Shown: piece by piece, positions 17,745 to 26,437 of the stretch
How positions within the stretch are numbered: position 1 is the first letter of the stretch
Layout of the letters: each line of letters opens with the position of its first letter
Source: Candidatus Uhrbacteria bacterium
Lineage (GTDB): Bacteria; Patescibacteriota; Patescibacteriia; JACRJV01
Assembly: GCA_016215325.1 (NCBI GenBank)
Contig: JACRJV010000007.1
Coordinates: forward strand, 3,728-67,727
Direction of reading: 5' to 3'
DNA: 64,000 nucleotides
The notes under the pieces: model-generated
Database searches by the model: none
Seen by the model: only the letters and a program-made list of their open reading frames with translations
What the model was told of the DNA's origin: nothing
Program-made: the position numbers and the translations under genes

Positions 17745-18978
17745 GATACTTAAGGGGTTACCTTTGATAAACGACACTGGGAGGGTCGATACTCCCAATG
17801 TCTAGTATCCATCGTTTACGGCGTGGATTACGCGGGTATCTAATCCGCTTCACTCCCCACGCTTTCGTCTCTCAGCGTCAGATCCGTCCTAGTATGCTGC
17901 TTTCGCCTTTGGTGTTCCTGCCGATATTAACGCATTTTACTACTACACCGACAGTTCCGCATACCTCTTCCGGCCTCAATCCTGACCATCTCTCCCGCAG
18001 CGCCGAAGTTAAGCTTCAGCATTTAACAGAAGATGCATCAGGACGCCTACAGACGCTTTACGCCCAATAAATCCGGATAACGCTTGAACCACTCGTATTA
18101 CCGCGGCTGCTGGCACGAGTTTAGCAGGTCCTTATTCCCACCATACCGTCAGAAATCGGGGATCGGATATCGGAAATCGAAACGGAGGAATCCGACTTCT
18201 GATCTCTGAACCCCGACCTCTTCTTCTGGTGGAAAAGCAGTTTACACTCCGAAGAGCTTCATCCTGCACGCGGCGTCGCTCCCTCAGACTTTCGTCCATT
18301 GGGGAAGATTCTTGACTGCAGCCTCCCGTAGGAGTCGGGCCAGTATTTCAGTGCCCGTGAGGCGGGTCGTGCTCTCACACCCGCTACCCGTCGTCGCCTT
18401 GGTGGGCTTTTACCCCGCCAACTAGCTGATAGGCCATAGGCCCCTCTCCGAGCGGATTGCTCCGTTACTCCAAAACTCTTGCGAGAATGGAGACCATTGG
18501 GAATTAGCGTCTCTTTCGAAACGTTATGCCCATCTCGAAGGTAGGTTACCAATGTGTTACTCACCCGTTTGCCACTCTGCGCGCTCCGCGCTGAAATATC
18601 GATATATCGAAATATCGAAATGTCAGTGCGAAGCACGCAGCGTTCGACTTGCATGCCTTAGACACGCCGCCAGCGTTCATCCTGAACCAGGATCAAATTC
18701 TCAAGAAGATTGAATGTTGATTGCTCAACGGTTCAATATACTGTTCCTAAGAACAGATTTGGTTGCTTAGTTATTTTGTTGAATTGACGTATTGCTATCA
18801 CGTTTCTTGTTTCAACCTTACATTGTTGTCTACCCAATTTTCAATGTACGATCCCTTGAGAGAGAAAAAAATACACCCGCCCATGTGCTTCCAGCGCATC
18901 CGTAAATCCACACATAGACTGGCTGTAGAATGTTTCCGTATTGTTGGCCGTTTGGGCCATCCCCAAGGGGCAACGGGT

Positions 18979-19007
18979 AGTATGACGGAAACAAAAGCCG
19001 GTGTCAA
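18979..19007 (-). promoter_or_regulatory. rRNA promoter
   Basis: TTGACA-N17-CATACT about 270 nt upstream of the 16S gene. Confidence 0.7.
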
Positions 19008-19037
19008 GAGCAAGTCTGAGATGCAAATACATCTCCG

Positions 19038-19316
19038 TTACCGATACAATTGACTATGCGTTCCGAGAAATAAAAATACGAATGCATCGTCGCTTAATAC
19101 TTTGTAGATCGCTCTCCAATCTCCAGTGACGTCGATACTACGATATCCCAAATACATTCCTTGGAGCGCGTGATTACTCAGACGTGAATCAAACGGGTCG
19201 CGTTGGAACGAACCAAGGCGCTCATACAACGCTGCTTGAATCTTTGTTGGGGCTGTTTGAAGCTGCTTCTTAAATCGAGTATGGAAGTGAATCGTCATAA
19301 CTACAGCCGGAATCAC
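19038..19316 (-). CDS. RelE/YafQ-family mRNA interferase toxin (alternative start 19298)
   Basis: FKKQL...LSNHALQGMYLGYRSIDVTGDWRAIY...GTHSQLY; overlaps the antitoxin stop (GTGA). Confidence 0.88.
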   Translation of the reverse strand: MIPAVVMTIHFHTRFKKQLQTAPTKIQAALYERLGSFQRDPFDSRLSNHALQGMYLGYRSIDVTGDWRAIYKVLSDDAFVFLFLGTHSQLYR

Positions 19317-19594
19317 TTCTGTTTCAGGTACTCGATCATTTTGTTGACATCCGTAAACCCTTTGGACATATTGCGTCCTTTCTTGATGTCACGATCGATA
19401 GGACCGAGCGCCCGCTCCAGCTCCTCGGACATCGTGAACGGCTCGCCCAGCGTCAACCGCTTCTCTCGCACGAATTGTTTGAGTTGAGCGTTCACGATGA
19501 TACTGAGCGGGACACCAACATCATGCGCCAATCGTTGGGCCTTGGTCTTGAGGACTTTATCAATTTTTACATTAAGGACGGTTTTAGTCTCCAT
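19313..19594 (-). CDS. RelB/DinJ-like ribbon-helix-helix antitoxin
   Basis: TVLNVKIDKVLKTKAQRLAHDVGVPLSIIVNAQLKQFV; directly upstream of the toxin. Confidence 0.82.
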   Translation of the reverse strand: METKTVLNVKIDKVLKTKAQRLAHDVGVPLSIIVNAQLKQFVREKRLTLGEPFTMSEELERALGPIDRDIKKGRNMSKGFTDVNKMIEYLKQK

Positions 19595-19625
19595 ATAATA
19601 AGTGATAGTGAATACCCATAACTAA

Positions 19626-19654
19626 AGTATACACAACGGTTATAATTTTGTCAA
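19626..19654 (-). promoter_or_regulatory. promoter of the TA operon
   Basis: TTGACA-N17-TATACT. Confidence 0.7.
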
Positions 19655-19704
19655 TGGACTGGCAAATACTGCAGCGGGGGGCGGGGAGGCCGCTATCGCT
19701 ATAA

Positions 19705-19790
19705 TAGACAAGCCCCTGGACGCACACGGTGGTGTACATCCAGGGGCTGCGCGAGTCCGGGGCAATGCGCGCTGTGCGCCATCGCCCCGG
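19705..19790 (-). terminator. two long GC-rich hairpins ending the microprotein operon
   Basis: ccggggcgatg...cattgccccgg and agcccctggatgtacac-cacc-gtgtgcgtccaggggct. Confidence 0.55.
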
Positions 19791-19798
19791 GGTCACAG

Positions 19799-19897
19799 TC
19801 AGTGACAGCGCCCGCTGCAACGCGGGCACCAGTACGTTCTGCACCAACCGCACCAGTAGTAACTGCATCCACACCAACAGTCCCCTGCCCAGGACAT
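19799..19897 (-). CDS. 32-aa Cys/Trp-rich microprotein MSWAGDCWCGCSYYWCGWCRTYWCPRCSGRCH (alternative start 19912)
   Basis: GGAGGAG SD 6 nt before the ATG; 8 Cys including CxxC-x4-CxxC. Confidence 0.6.
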   Translation of the reverse strand: MSWAGDCWCGCSYYWCGWCRTYWCPRCSGRCH

Positions 19898-19916
19898 TCC
19901 AAGCTCCTCCATACCC

Positions 19917-19933
19917 CTCGCTTTCCGGGCGAG
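19917..19933 (-). repeat. 17-nt hairpin CTCGCCCGGAAAGCGAG, copy 2
   Basis: Identical to 20357-20373; both precede Cys-rich sORFs. Confidence 0.8.
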
Positions 19934-19938
19934 GTTCG

Positions 19939-20166
19939 TTACACGGACGGAGAAAATGTTCCAATCGACCCGCCACAGGTGTGGTGGCGGATTTCCCCAT
20001 TCGAGGTTGCCACGATCACGAACCGTCCTCGATGACGCTCGCCGATATGATCTGGCGGGCATCCACACGGGATGGCTCTGATCGCACGAGGCGTATCCAT
20101 GGCCTGGGGGAGATTTCGCCATCGTCGTGAGCGCATCTCAACCCAGTAACGAAAGTTCATTTTCAT
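19939..20166 (-). CDS. 75-aa small hypothetical protein with CGC...HHTC possible metal ligands
   Basis: Strong GGAGGAG SD before the ATG. Confidence 0.55.
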   Translation of the reverse strand: MKMNFRYWVEMRSRRWRNLPQAMDTPRAIRAIPCGCPPDHIGERHRGRFVIVATSNGEIRHHTCGGSIGTFSPSV

Positions 20167-20200
20167 GCTGCTCCTCCGTTAGTTTGATTACGAAACTCCT

Positions 20201-20341
20201 CTACCGGAACTTGGCCCTGCAGTAGAAGCAAAAAAAATACTTGCAGAATATGCAATAATAAGTCCTCCCACTACATATTTCGCACGCCCAGGCGGTCTCT
20301 AAACTCCATGCCGCGGCGCACCAAATACAATGATATCTCAT
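20201..20341 (-). CDS. 46-aa microprotein with four CxxC motifs, MRYHCIWCAAAWSLETAWACEICSGRTYYCIFCKYFFCFYCRAKFR
   Basis: Manual translation; AAAGGAAAG immediately before the ATG; absent from the ORF track. Confidence 0.65.
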   Translation of the reverse strand: MRYHCIWCAAAWSLETAWACEICSGRTYYCIFCKYFFCFYCRAKFR

Positions 20342-20356
20342 CTTTCCTTTCTCAAT

Positions 20357-20373
20357 CTCGCTTTCCGGGCGAG
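20357..20373 (-). repeat. 17-nt hairpin CTCGCCCGGAAAGCGAG, copy 1
   Basis: Identical to 19917-19933. Confidence 0.8.
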
Positions 20374-20457
20374 ACGATCGTCACCACCAGTTGTCAATGT
20401 CCAATTCCCCCTCCTCTGGCGCCCCGAGCATGATTCCGGATGCCGGAGGAGAATACA

Positions 20458-20497
20458 AAACAAAGCCACCGCCGGATAAGGGCGGTGGCCGTTTTTG
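20458..20497. terminator. bidirectional-looking terminator hairpin
   Basis: gccaccgcc-ggataag-ggcggtggc flanked by A- and T-rich runs. Confidence 0.55.
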
Positions 20498-20639
20498 CGT
20501 TTAAGAAGGATTGTTCTTATGCAAACTTAGCCAGCCCTTACCGGGGTAAGGAGGCTAAGAAGCAAACTCTTTTGTACAACAGAAATAATCATAATAAAGC
20601 CATGATAGGCGTTTACTGGGGTGTTGTCAAGCAACAAGA

Positions 20640-20666
20640 TGTAAGAGCAGAATCTGCTATTCGTCT
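20640..20666 (+). promoter_or_regulatory. putative ECF sigma promoter
   Basis: TGTAAG-N16-CGTCT; same motif at 33696-33722. Confidence 0.55.
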
Positions 20667-20746
20667 GCTGGATGTGAGGAGCATTCCAAACTCCTTGCCG
20701 TTCCGAAAGGGTCGAAAACGGCAACATTATATCATTAATAATAACG

Positions 20747-22174
20747 ATGCCACGTATGAACTTCATCCCTCTTACCCTTGCCGGTGCCTTGATCGTCACT
20801 TCGTTCTCGTTCAAACTCCCTTGGAACTGGAACGTGAACACAGACGCACAAGGCCAGCAGACCGCCACCGTCACGGTTGCAGCCAACGCAAATACAAATG
20901 ACAAAAAGGGAAATGGAAACGGGAACGCAAATGGACAACAGAAACCCATGCCGTGGGGGATCTTCAAAAAGTTGCTCACCGCAGCCAATGATGTGACCGC
21001 GCCCATCTTACGCGACATTCGCGTCAAGGCGGAATCAGAGGGCAGCGCAAAAATAGAATGGAAAACCAACGAAAAAACTTCGGGTGAAGTCCGGTATGGA
21101 TTAACCGCAAATTACGGGCTCATGAACACAGACAACGGGAAGATGAAGAAAAGCCATTCGGTCAAACTCTCAAACTTGTCAGCCAATACCACCTACCACA
21201 TCCAAGTCGTCAGTAAAGACGCAGCCGGCAATGTGGCCACTTCGGCCGATATGACGGTCACCACAAAACCGGCAGAACCCCGTGAGGACGATGATGAAGA
21301 AGATGAGGACCGCGATACCATCGCCCCGTTGCTGTTCAACCTCTCGGTCAATGGCGAAACACGCGACTCTGCGGTTGTCCGCTGGGCGACCAATGAAAAA
21401 ACTACAAGCCAAGTGCACTATGGCCTTACAGCAAGTTATGGGCAATCCACCAGCGTGGATACAGATCTAACCACCAATCACGAAGTCCGATTGATCGGGC
21501 TTACCGCCAATACGACGTACCACTTCAAGGTTGAATCCAAAGATGCCGCCGGTAATGTCTCAGCCAGCGGTGATGTGACGCTCACGACCCGGGCAGCTCC
21601 GGATATAACGGCTCCGATTATCTCCGACGTAAATGTATCCGCTACGACGGATCACTCGGCAACGATCCAATGGACCAGTAACGAAGGGGCAACGTCTCAA
21701 GTGCTCTATGGCACAACCGCAAGTTATGGGTCTTCCACAACAATCGACTCGTCTCTGACAACGAGTCATTCGGTAGCCCTCTCCGGCCTTGCCGCCAACA
21801 CCACCTACCACTACCAAGTGAAGTCGGTGGATGGATCCGGCAACATCTCAACCTCTGCGGATGCAACATTCACAACCGCTGGGGATGCCACGGCTCCAAC
21901 AATCTCCAATCTAGTCGTGACCAATGTCGCGCGGACAACGGCAATCGTGCGATGGACGACCAGCGAACCGGCGACATCGAAGGTATCTTACAGTGCGGGA
22001 TCGAGCTTTAACGCCGACACCGCCTTCAGCCTGAGTAGCTCTGCGCTTCTGGGCAATCACAGCATGTTGATTGTGGGGCTCTCCGCCAATACCACGTATA
22101 CACTCAAGGTGGATTCTGTGGACGCCTCTGGCAATGCCGCCGCCTCGGCACAACTGACGTTCACAACGCGCTAG
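20747..22174 (+). CDS. secreted protein with four fibronectin type III / purple-acid-phosphatase-N-like repeats
   Basis: Signal sequence, then 4x D.TAP.I...A.I.W.T.E...V.Y...H...L.ANTTY...V.S.D..GN. Confidence 0.88.
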   Translation: MPRMNFIPLTLAGALIVTSFSFKLPWNWNVNTDAQGQQTATVTVAANANTNDKKGNGNGNANGQQKPMPWGIFKKLLTAANDVTAPILRDIRVKAESEGSAKIEWKTNEKTSGEVRYGLTANYGLMNTDNGKMKKSHSVKLSNLSANTTYHIQVVSKDAAGNVATSADMTVTTKPAEPREDDDEEDEDRDTIAPLLFNLSVNGETRDSAVVRWATNEKTTSQVHYGLTASYGQSTSVDTDLTTNHEVRLIGLTANTTYHFKVESKDAAGNVSASGDVTLTTRAAPDITAPIISDVNVSATTDHSATIQWTSNEGATSQVLYGTTASYGSSTTIDSSLTTSHSVALSGLAANTTYHYQVKSVDGSGNISTSADATFTTAGDATAPTISNLVVTNVARTTAIVRWTTSEPATSKVSYSAGSSFNADTAFSLSSSALLGNHSMLIVGLSANTTYTLKVDSVDASGNAAASAQLTFTTR

Positions 22175-22186
22175 GGAACAACACAA

Positions 22187-22216
22187 GAAATAACCCCGCA
22201 TTGCGGGGTTATTTTT
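22187..22216. terminator. bidirectional terminator between convergent genes
   Basis: aaataaccccgca-t-tgcggggttatttt. Confidence 0.8.
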
Positions 22217-22962
22217 TACTTATGGCGCGCATACTTCTTGCGCCACTGCTCTATTTTTTTGTGATCGCCGCTTAACAAAACGTTGGGAACGGTCAACGTC
22301 CGAGGGTTGAGTTTCTTCTTGCCCCTATACCCCATACCCTGAACCCTGATCGCTTCCGGCCGTGTATACTGTGGGTACTCCACATACCCTTCCGTGGAAT
22401 GCGTTTCATTCACAATCGATTCTGGGTCCCCTACCACCCCGGGGATCATGCGGCTCACGGCATCGATCACAACAAGTGCGGGCAGCTCCCCACCCAGTAA
22501 CACATAGGGGCCGATGGAAATCTTCTCATCCGCAAATTTATACACGCGCTCATCAAAGCCCTCATAGCGACCACAGAGCAGAACGAGCTGGTCGTATGTT
22601 GTCAACCGTTTGGCCATTGCCTGAGTGAGTTGCTTGCCGGCGGGGTCGAGAGCGATGACACGAGTACGAGTTCGAGAGTTACGAGTGACGAGTGACGAGT
22701 GTGGCGACGTTTTTTTCGTAACCCGTAACCCGTAACCCGTAACCGTCTCCAAACACCGTATCATAATATCCGCCCGGAGGATCATTCCCGGCCCCCCGCC
22801 ATAGGGCCGATCATCCACCACATGGTGTTTGCCCGGCGCATAATCGCGCAAGTTATGGACCCGGAAATCCAAAAGTCCCTTCTTTTGAGCATGCTTCAAC
22901 AAGCTCTCATTCAGATACGGCGGGAACAATTCCGGGAAGATGGTGATGATGTCGAATACCAT
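22216..22962 (-). CDS. trmD: tRNA (guanine37-N1)-methyltransferase with two repeat-derived in-frame inserts
   Basis: FDIITIFPE, VDDRPYGGGPGM, CGRYEGFDERV, SIGPYVLLGGE, EYPQYTRP, LLSGDH. Confidence 0.97.
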   Translation of the reverse strand: MVFDIITIFPELFPPYLNESLLKHAQKKGLLDFRVHNLRDYAPGKHHVVDDRPYGGGPGMILRADIMIRCLETVTGYGLRVTKKTSPHSSLVTRNSRTRTRVIALDPAGKQLTQAMAKRLTTYDQLVLLCGRYEGFDERVYKFADEKISIGPYVLLGGELPALVVIDAVSRMIPGVVGDPESIVNETHSTEGYVEYPQYTRPEAIRVQGMGYRGKKKLNPRTLTVPNVLLSGDHKKIEQWRKKYARHK

Positions 22963-22975
22963 AGCATGGGAACCA

Positions 22976-23050
22976 TAATGCAAATATACAAATCAATTCG
23001 AATGCTACAAATATTCGTTGTATTTGCATCCATTCGCATATTCGCATTAT
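22976..23050. repeat. GCAAAT/ATTCGC repeat hairpin; second copy at 45818-45897
   Basis: Shared ...cattcgcatattcgcattatg arm and aatgc...tacaaat...ttcgaat arm. Confidence 0.7.
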
Positions 23051-23167
23051 GTTTTTCATTATGTTCCTCATTGACCAAATCGTCAAACTCTGCTATACTG
23101 ATAGTCAAAGCTGCACTGTCGTCGAACAGGAACGCTTCTTTACAATCTGTTTATCATTATTGATGAT

Positions 23168-23521
23168 ATGGCTGAGCAACACAGCGATCAGCAATTCGTC
23201 GAGTACGTCGTAAAAGCAATCGTCAACCACCCGGAAGACGTTTCCACCGACCGCACTGTCGACGAGATGGGGGTTTTAATCACCCTCAAAGTCAACCCCG
23301 AGGACATGGGGTATGTGATTGGCCGCAGCGGTCAAACGGCCCGGAGCCTGCGCACACTCTTGAAAATTGTAGGTGCCAAGAACAACGCCCGCGTGAACCT
23401 TAAGATCTTCGAACCGGAAGGTTCTCGCCGCCCGCCCCGCCGCGAATATGCAGACGCCGCTCCATCGATGTCCTCCCACGAGGATGTGAGTACCGAGATG
23501 GTGGATGACTTGAAGATTTAA
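23168..23521 (+). CDS. khpA: KH domain RNA-binding protein
   Basis: FVEYVVKAIVNHPEDV...VNPEDMGYVIGRSGQTARSLRTLL. Confidence 0.92.
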   Translation: MAEQHSDQQFVEYVVKAIVNHPEDVSTDRTVDEMGVLITLKVNPEDMGYVIGRSGQTARSLRTLLKIVGAKNNARVNLKIFEPEGSRRPPRREYADAAPSMSSHEDVSTEMVDDLKI

Positions 23522-23534
23522 ACTTCGATACGAG

Positions 23535-23560
23535 AAAACCCCGGATAACTCCGGGGTTTT
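23535..23560. terminator. bidirectional terminator
   Basis: aaaaccccgga-taac-tccggggtttt. Confidence 0.8.
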
Positions 23561-23609
23561 ATATTCTTCGACCAAGGTCCCTACCAAAGCAGCGCCCGCA
23601 TGGAGAAGT

Positions 23610-24611
23610 TTATTTTATCGGATTCAAGGGAGGCTTGCCGGACAGCACGGCAATAATATTTTTCGCGGCAATCTCCCCCATCTGTCCCCGCGCCTCTATG
23701 GCGGCCGACGCGGTATGAGGGGTGAGGATCACGTTGTCCATGAGTCGTAGCTCAAGATGATCATTCGGATCTGTATCGATCTTTGGCTCACACTCATACA
23801 CATCCAATGCCGCCCCCGCGATCCTTCCTGTCTTGAGCGCACGAAGAAGCGCCTTCTCACAAACCACGGGGCCCCGCGCCGTGTTGATGACAAACGCCGT
23901 TTTTTTCATCATCGCAAATTCTGCGGTGTCAATAAGATGCCGCGTGGAGGGGAGGAGTGGAACGTGCAAACTCACGACATCCGCTTCCTGGAGGAGCTCT
24001 TCCTTCGAACAATACCGAGCATGTAACTCCTTCTCCATTTCTGGCGCCCGCTTGGTATCGCTATACACGACGTGCATTCCAAGCGCATGTGCCCGCCGAG
24101 CCGTTGCAATGCCAATTCGACCGGTGCCAATGATCCCAAACACCTTGCCGACAAGAAGGGTCCCGGTGAACAATGCGGGATCCCATCCACAATACGCACC
24201 CTTACGGACAAATTTATCACTCTCAACAATCCGGTGGGCGAGCCCCAACGCCATCGCAATCGCATGTTCAGCAACATTTTCACAAATAAGTTCACTGGGC
24301 GCATTCGTCACAACAACCCCACGCTGCTTGGCATCACTCAAATTAATATTGTCAAACCCAACAGCATAATTGGCAACAATTTTTAACTGTTTGCCTGCGG
24401 CATCCATGACCGTTCCATCAACCGGATCTGTTAATAATGCGAGGATCGCGTCCGCGCCCTTCACGAACTTTTTGAGCTCTGCCGCGGTCAATGGACGATT
24501 CAATGTGCTGACCGTTACCGCAAAATCCTTTTGCGCCCGAAGAAGCGGTATCCCCCCGCCAGGAATTTGACGAGTGACAACGACGGTAAACCGAGAGTTC
24601 TGTTTTCTCAT
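23610..24611 (-). CDS. D-2-hydroxyacid dehydrogenase (glyoxylate reductase / D-glycerate dehydrogenase)
   Basis: VANYAVGFDNI, GIIGTGRIG, INTARG, ALDVYECEP, TPHTAS. Confidence 0.92.
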   Translation of the reverse strand: MRKQNSRFTVVVTRQIPGGGIPLLRAQKDFAVTVSTLNRPLTAAELKKFVKGADAILALLTDPVDGTVMDAAGKQLKIVANYAVGFDNINLSDAKQRGVVVTNAPSELICENVAEHAIAMALGLAHRIVESDKFVRKGAYCGWDPALFTGTLLVGKVFGIIGTGRIGIATARRAHALGMHVVYSDTKRAPEMEKELHARYCSKEELLQEADVVSLHVPLLPSTRHLIDTAEFAMMKKTAFVINTARGPVVCEKALLRALKTGRIAGAALDVYECEPKIDTDPNDHLELRLMDNVILTPHTASAAIEARGQMGEIAAKNIIAVLSGKPPLNPIK

Positions 24612-24618
24612 AGTCCAC

Positions 24619-25608
24619 TTATTCTTTAATAATCTTAATTCTTTTGAGCGTGTTCAGCCCGGGCATTCTCTTCATAATCCCATGCTTGGGACCCATTTCC
24701 ATGATAACCAGACCGCTGTTATAGGACGCTAACCGCAATGATACCGGGATGTCTCCTTTAAATTTAATATAGCCTGCAAGAAACGCACTGCCAAATGCGT
24801 CACCGGCACCCGTGGTATTAATCGGCTTTTCCGCACTGCGCGCCTCTACAACATAGCGGCCGCCCTGTTCTGCCCAAGCAAACGCGCCGTGCTTCCCATC
24901 CGTGACAAGGATAACCCCAAACCGTGATCGATGCAACGTGTTGTAAATGCCTTGGATATTGTCAGGGAGTTTTTTGGTCAGCTGCGCCGCTTCTTCGCGA
25001 TTGACCATCAAAATATGGACCCCCGAATCAAAGGACTCGATCGCCTCCCAGCCCCATTCCAGCTCCCCCACCCCGGGATTCCACATGACCTTCACATTAT
25101 AGAATGTTGCCCAATCGACCAGATGCCGGAAAAATTCTCTGTTGCCGGCCAACGAGGTCACATAGAGCCACTTCGTCTTGAGTTGGTGGATCGGGAAATC
25201 GTCCCAGACAAAATGATGGGACGCCCCGCGATAGACGAGCACCGTGCGCTCGCCTTCGGGGGTGAGTAAGATGCTCGAATAGGCCGTACCATGTTCATGG
25301 TCAATATGAAGGTATCGGCAATCAACGCGCTCGTGTTTGAGCACGCGCAGCACTTCCTGCCCGGCCGGATCATTGCCGGCGCGCGAGACAATGCCGGTTT
25401 TGAATCCTGATCTGCGCAATGTGACCGCAGCATTCGTGGCTCCGCCGCCCGTATCAAACACAACCGAATCGAGCTCCACCTTAGCCCCTAATGCAAAACA
25501 TTCGCCCCTGCCGGTTGCGAATTTTTTAGAAGAAACAATCTGAACATCTTTCTGGATCAAAAAAACATCTTGCGTGGAGCTGCCGATGGTGACAATATCG
25601 AATGTCAT
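24619..25608 (-). CDS. PfkB-family carbohydrate kinase
   Basis: GGGATNAA and NTTGAGDAFGS signatures. Confidence 0.92.
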   Translation of the reverse strand: MTFDIVTIGSSTQDVFLIQKDVQIVSSKKFATGRGECFALGAKVELDSVVFDTGGGATNAAVTLRRSGFKTGIVSRAGNDPAGQEVLRVLKHERVDCRYLHIDHEHGTAYSSILLTPEGERTVLVYRGASHHFVWDDFPIHQLKTKWLYVTSLAGNREFFRHLVDWATFYNVKVMWNPGVGELEWGWEAIESFDSGVHILMVNREEAAQLTKKLPDNIQGIYNTLHRSRFGVILVTDGKHGAFAWAEQGGRYVVEARSAEKPINTTGAGDAFGSAFLAGYIKFKGDIPVSLRLASYNSGLVIMEMGPKHGIMKRMPGLNTLKRIKIIKE

Positions 25609-25611
25609 AAT

Positions 25612-26016
25612 TTAGTTTTTGAGTGACGAGTTGCGAGTGACGAGTTTTTGTCGCTTTTGCTCTTCAAGATATGAAATGAGTGCGCCCACTCTCTTGGCTA
25701 AGAGTTCCAACGTATTATTGGTGCCATCAAACTCGGATTGAGAAATATGCCCCACTGAAAGGGCAATGTGCAGTTGATTGCGGACCTCACCAATTGAACC
25801 TCTGGCACTCCTTAAGAAACGGCAAAACTCATTATTATTTCTTTTCTCAAACCCTTCAACAATGTTAGAACTGATGGAAATTACCGCTCGCCGTATTTGG
25901 TCTCGCAATCCGAAATCTTTAGAAAATTTTTCTTTTGCTGATAAATCATAGATAACTTTGGTGTTTTCTAAGCTCATTTGCCATATCTCTAAATCTTCGA
26001 ATCGCGTAATATTCAT
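25612..26016 (-). CDS. four-helix-bundle protein (23S rRNA IVP / TIGR02436-like)
   Basis: FEDLEIWQ...FGLRDQIRRAVISISSNIVEGF...FLRSARGSIGEV. Confidence 0.92.
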   Translation of the reverse strand: MNITRFEDLEIWQMSLENTKVIYDLSAKEKFSKDFGLRDQIRRAVISISSNIVEGFEKRNNNEFCRFLRSARGSIGEVRNQLHIALSVGHISQSEFDGTNNTLELLAKRVGALISYLEEQKRQKLVTRNSSLKN

Positions 26017-26073
26017 AACTCATCACCCGTAACTCGTAACCCGTAACTCGTAACCCCTATACCCTAAACCCTA
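25621..26073. repeat. inverted heptamer tandem repeats flanking the four-helix-bundle gene
   Basis: gagtgac-gagttgc-gagtgac (25621-25645) versus taactca-tcacccg-taactcg-taacccg-taactcg-taacccc-tataccc-taaaccc (26016-26071). Confidence 0.85.
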
Positions 26074-26279
26074 TTTATCAACATGCCCGACGCCTGCGCT
26101 TATTATACACCAAAATGCATGATGGCTCATTGACGGCAGAGGCCCCAACTGATACCATAACCAAGTTACAATTATTTGTCATTGCTGAGTACGGGCGACA
26201 ATACACTCAACAACGCGCTGTGGACGGCCGTTTGAGCAACATTGCGAAACCTTACGGCCACAATGGCACACACTTCGGT

Positions 26280-26420
26280 ATGATGCACGATGACACAACG
26301 ACCGCCACACCCGCCGCCGCTCCAGCTGGGGACACTTGCAGCGCTTGCCACAACTCGCCCTGCACCTGTCCCTCGAAGGATTCTAGCGCACCAACTCCAG
26401 CCGCACCCGCTGCGGTGTAA
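26280..26420 (+). CDS. 46-aa small protein with a CxxC-x3-PCxC motif
   Basis: MMHDDTTTATPAAAPAGDTCSACHNSPCTCPSKDSSAPTPAAPAAV followed by a terminator. Confidence 0.55.
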   Translation: MMHDDTTTATPAAAPAGDTCSACHNSPCTCPSKDSSAPTPAAPAAV

Positions 26421-26437
26421 TGGGATCGATTCGAATT

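Noticed and set aside
20670-20725. c-di-GMP-I or other known riboswitch before the FN3 gene
   Set aside because: Two hairpins including a GAAA loop are present, but the conserved GEMM core sequences are not recognisable
22216-23521. khpA divergent from trmD instead of rpsP-khpA-rimM-trmD order
   Set aside because: Simple rearrangement of housekeeping genes with no further signal
25612-26016. Diversity-generating retroelement (Avd-like gene plus repeats in the fibre gene)
   Set aside because: No reverse transcriptase in the window; the fibre repeats differ at synonymous sites of all bases, not specifically at adenines
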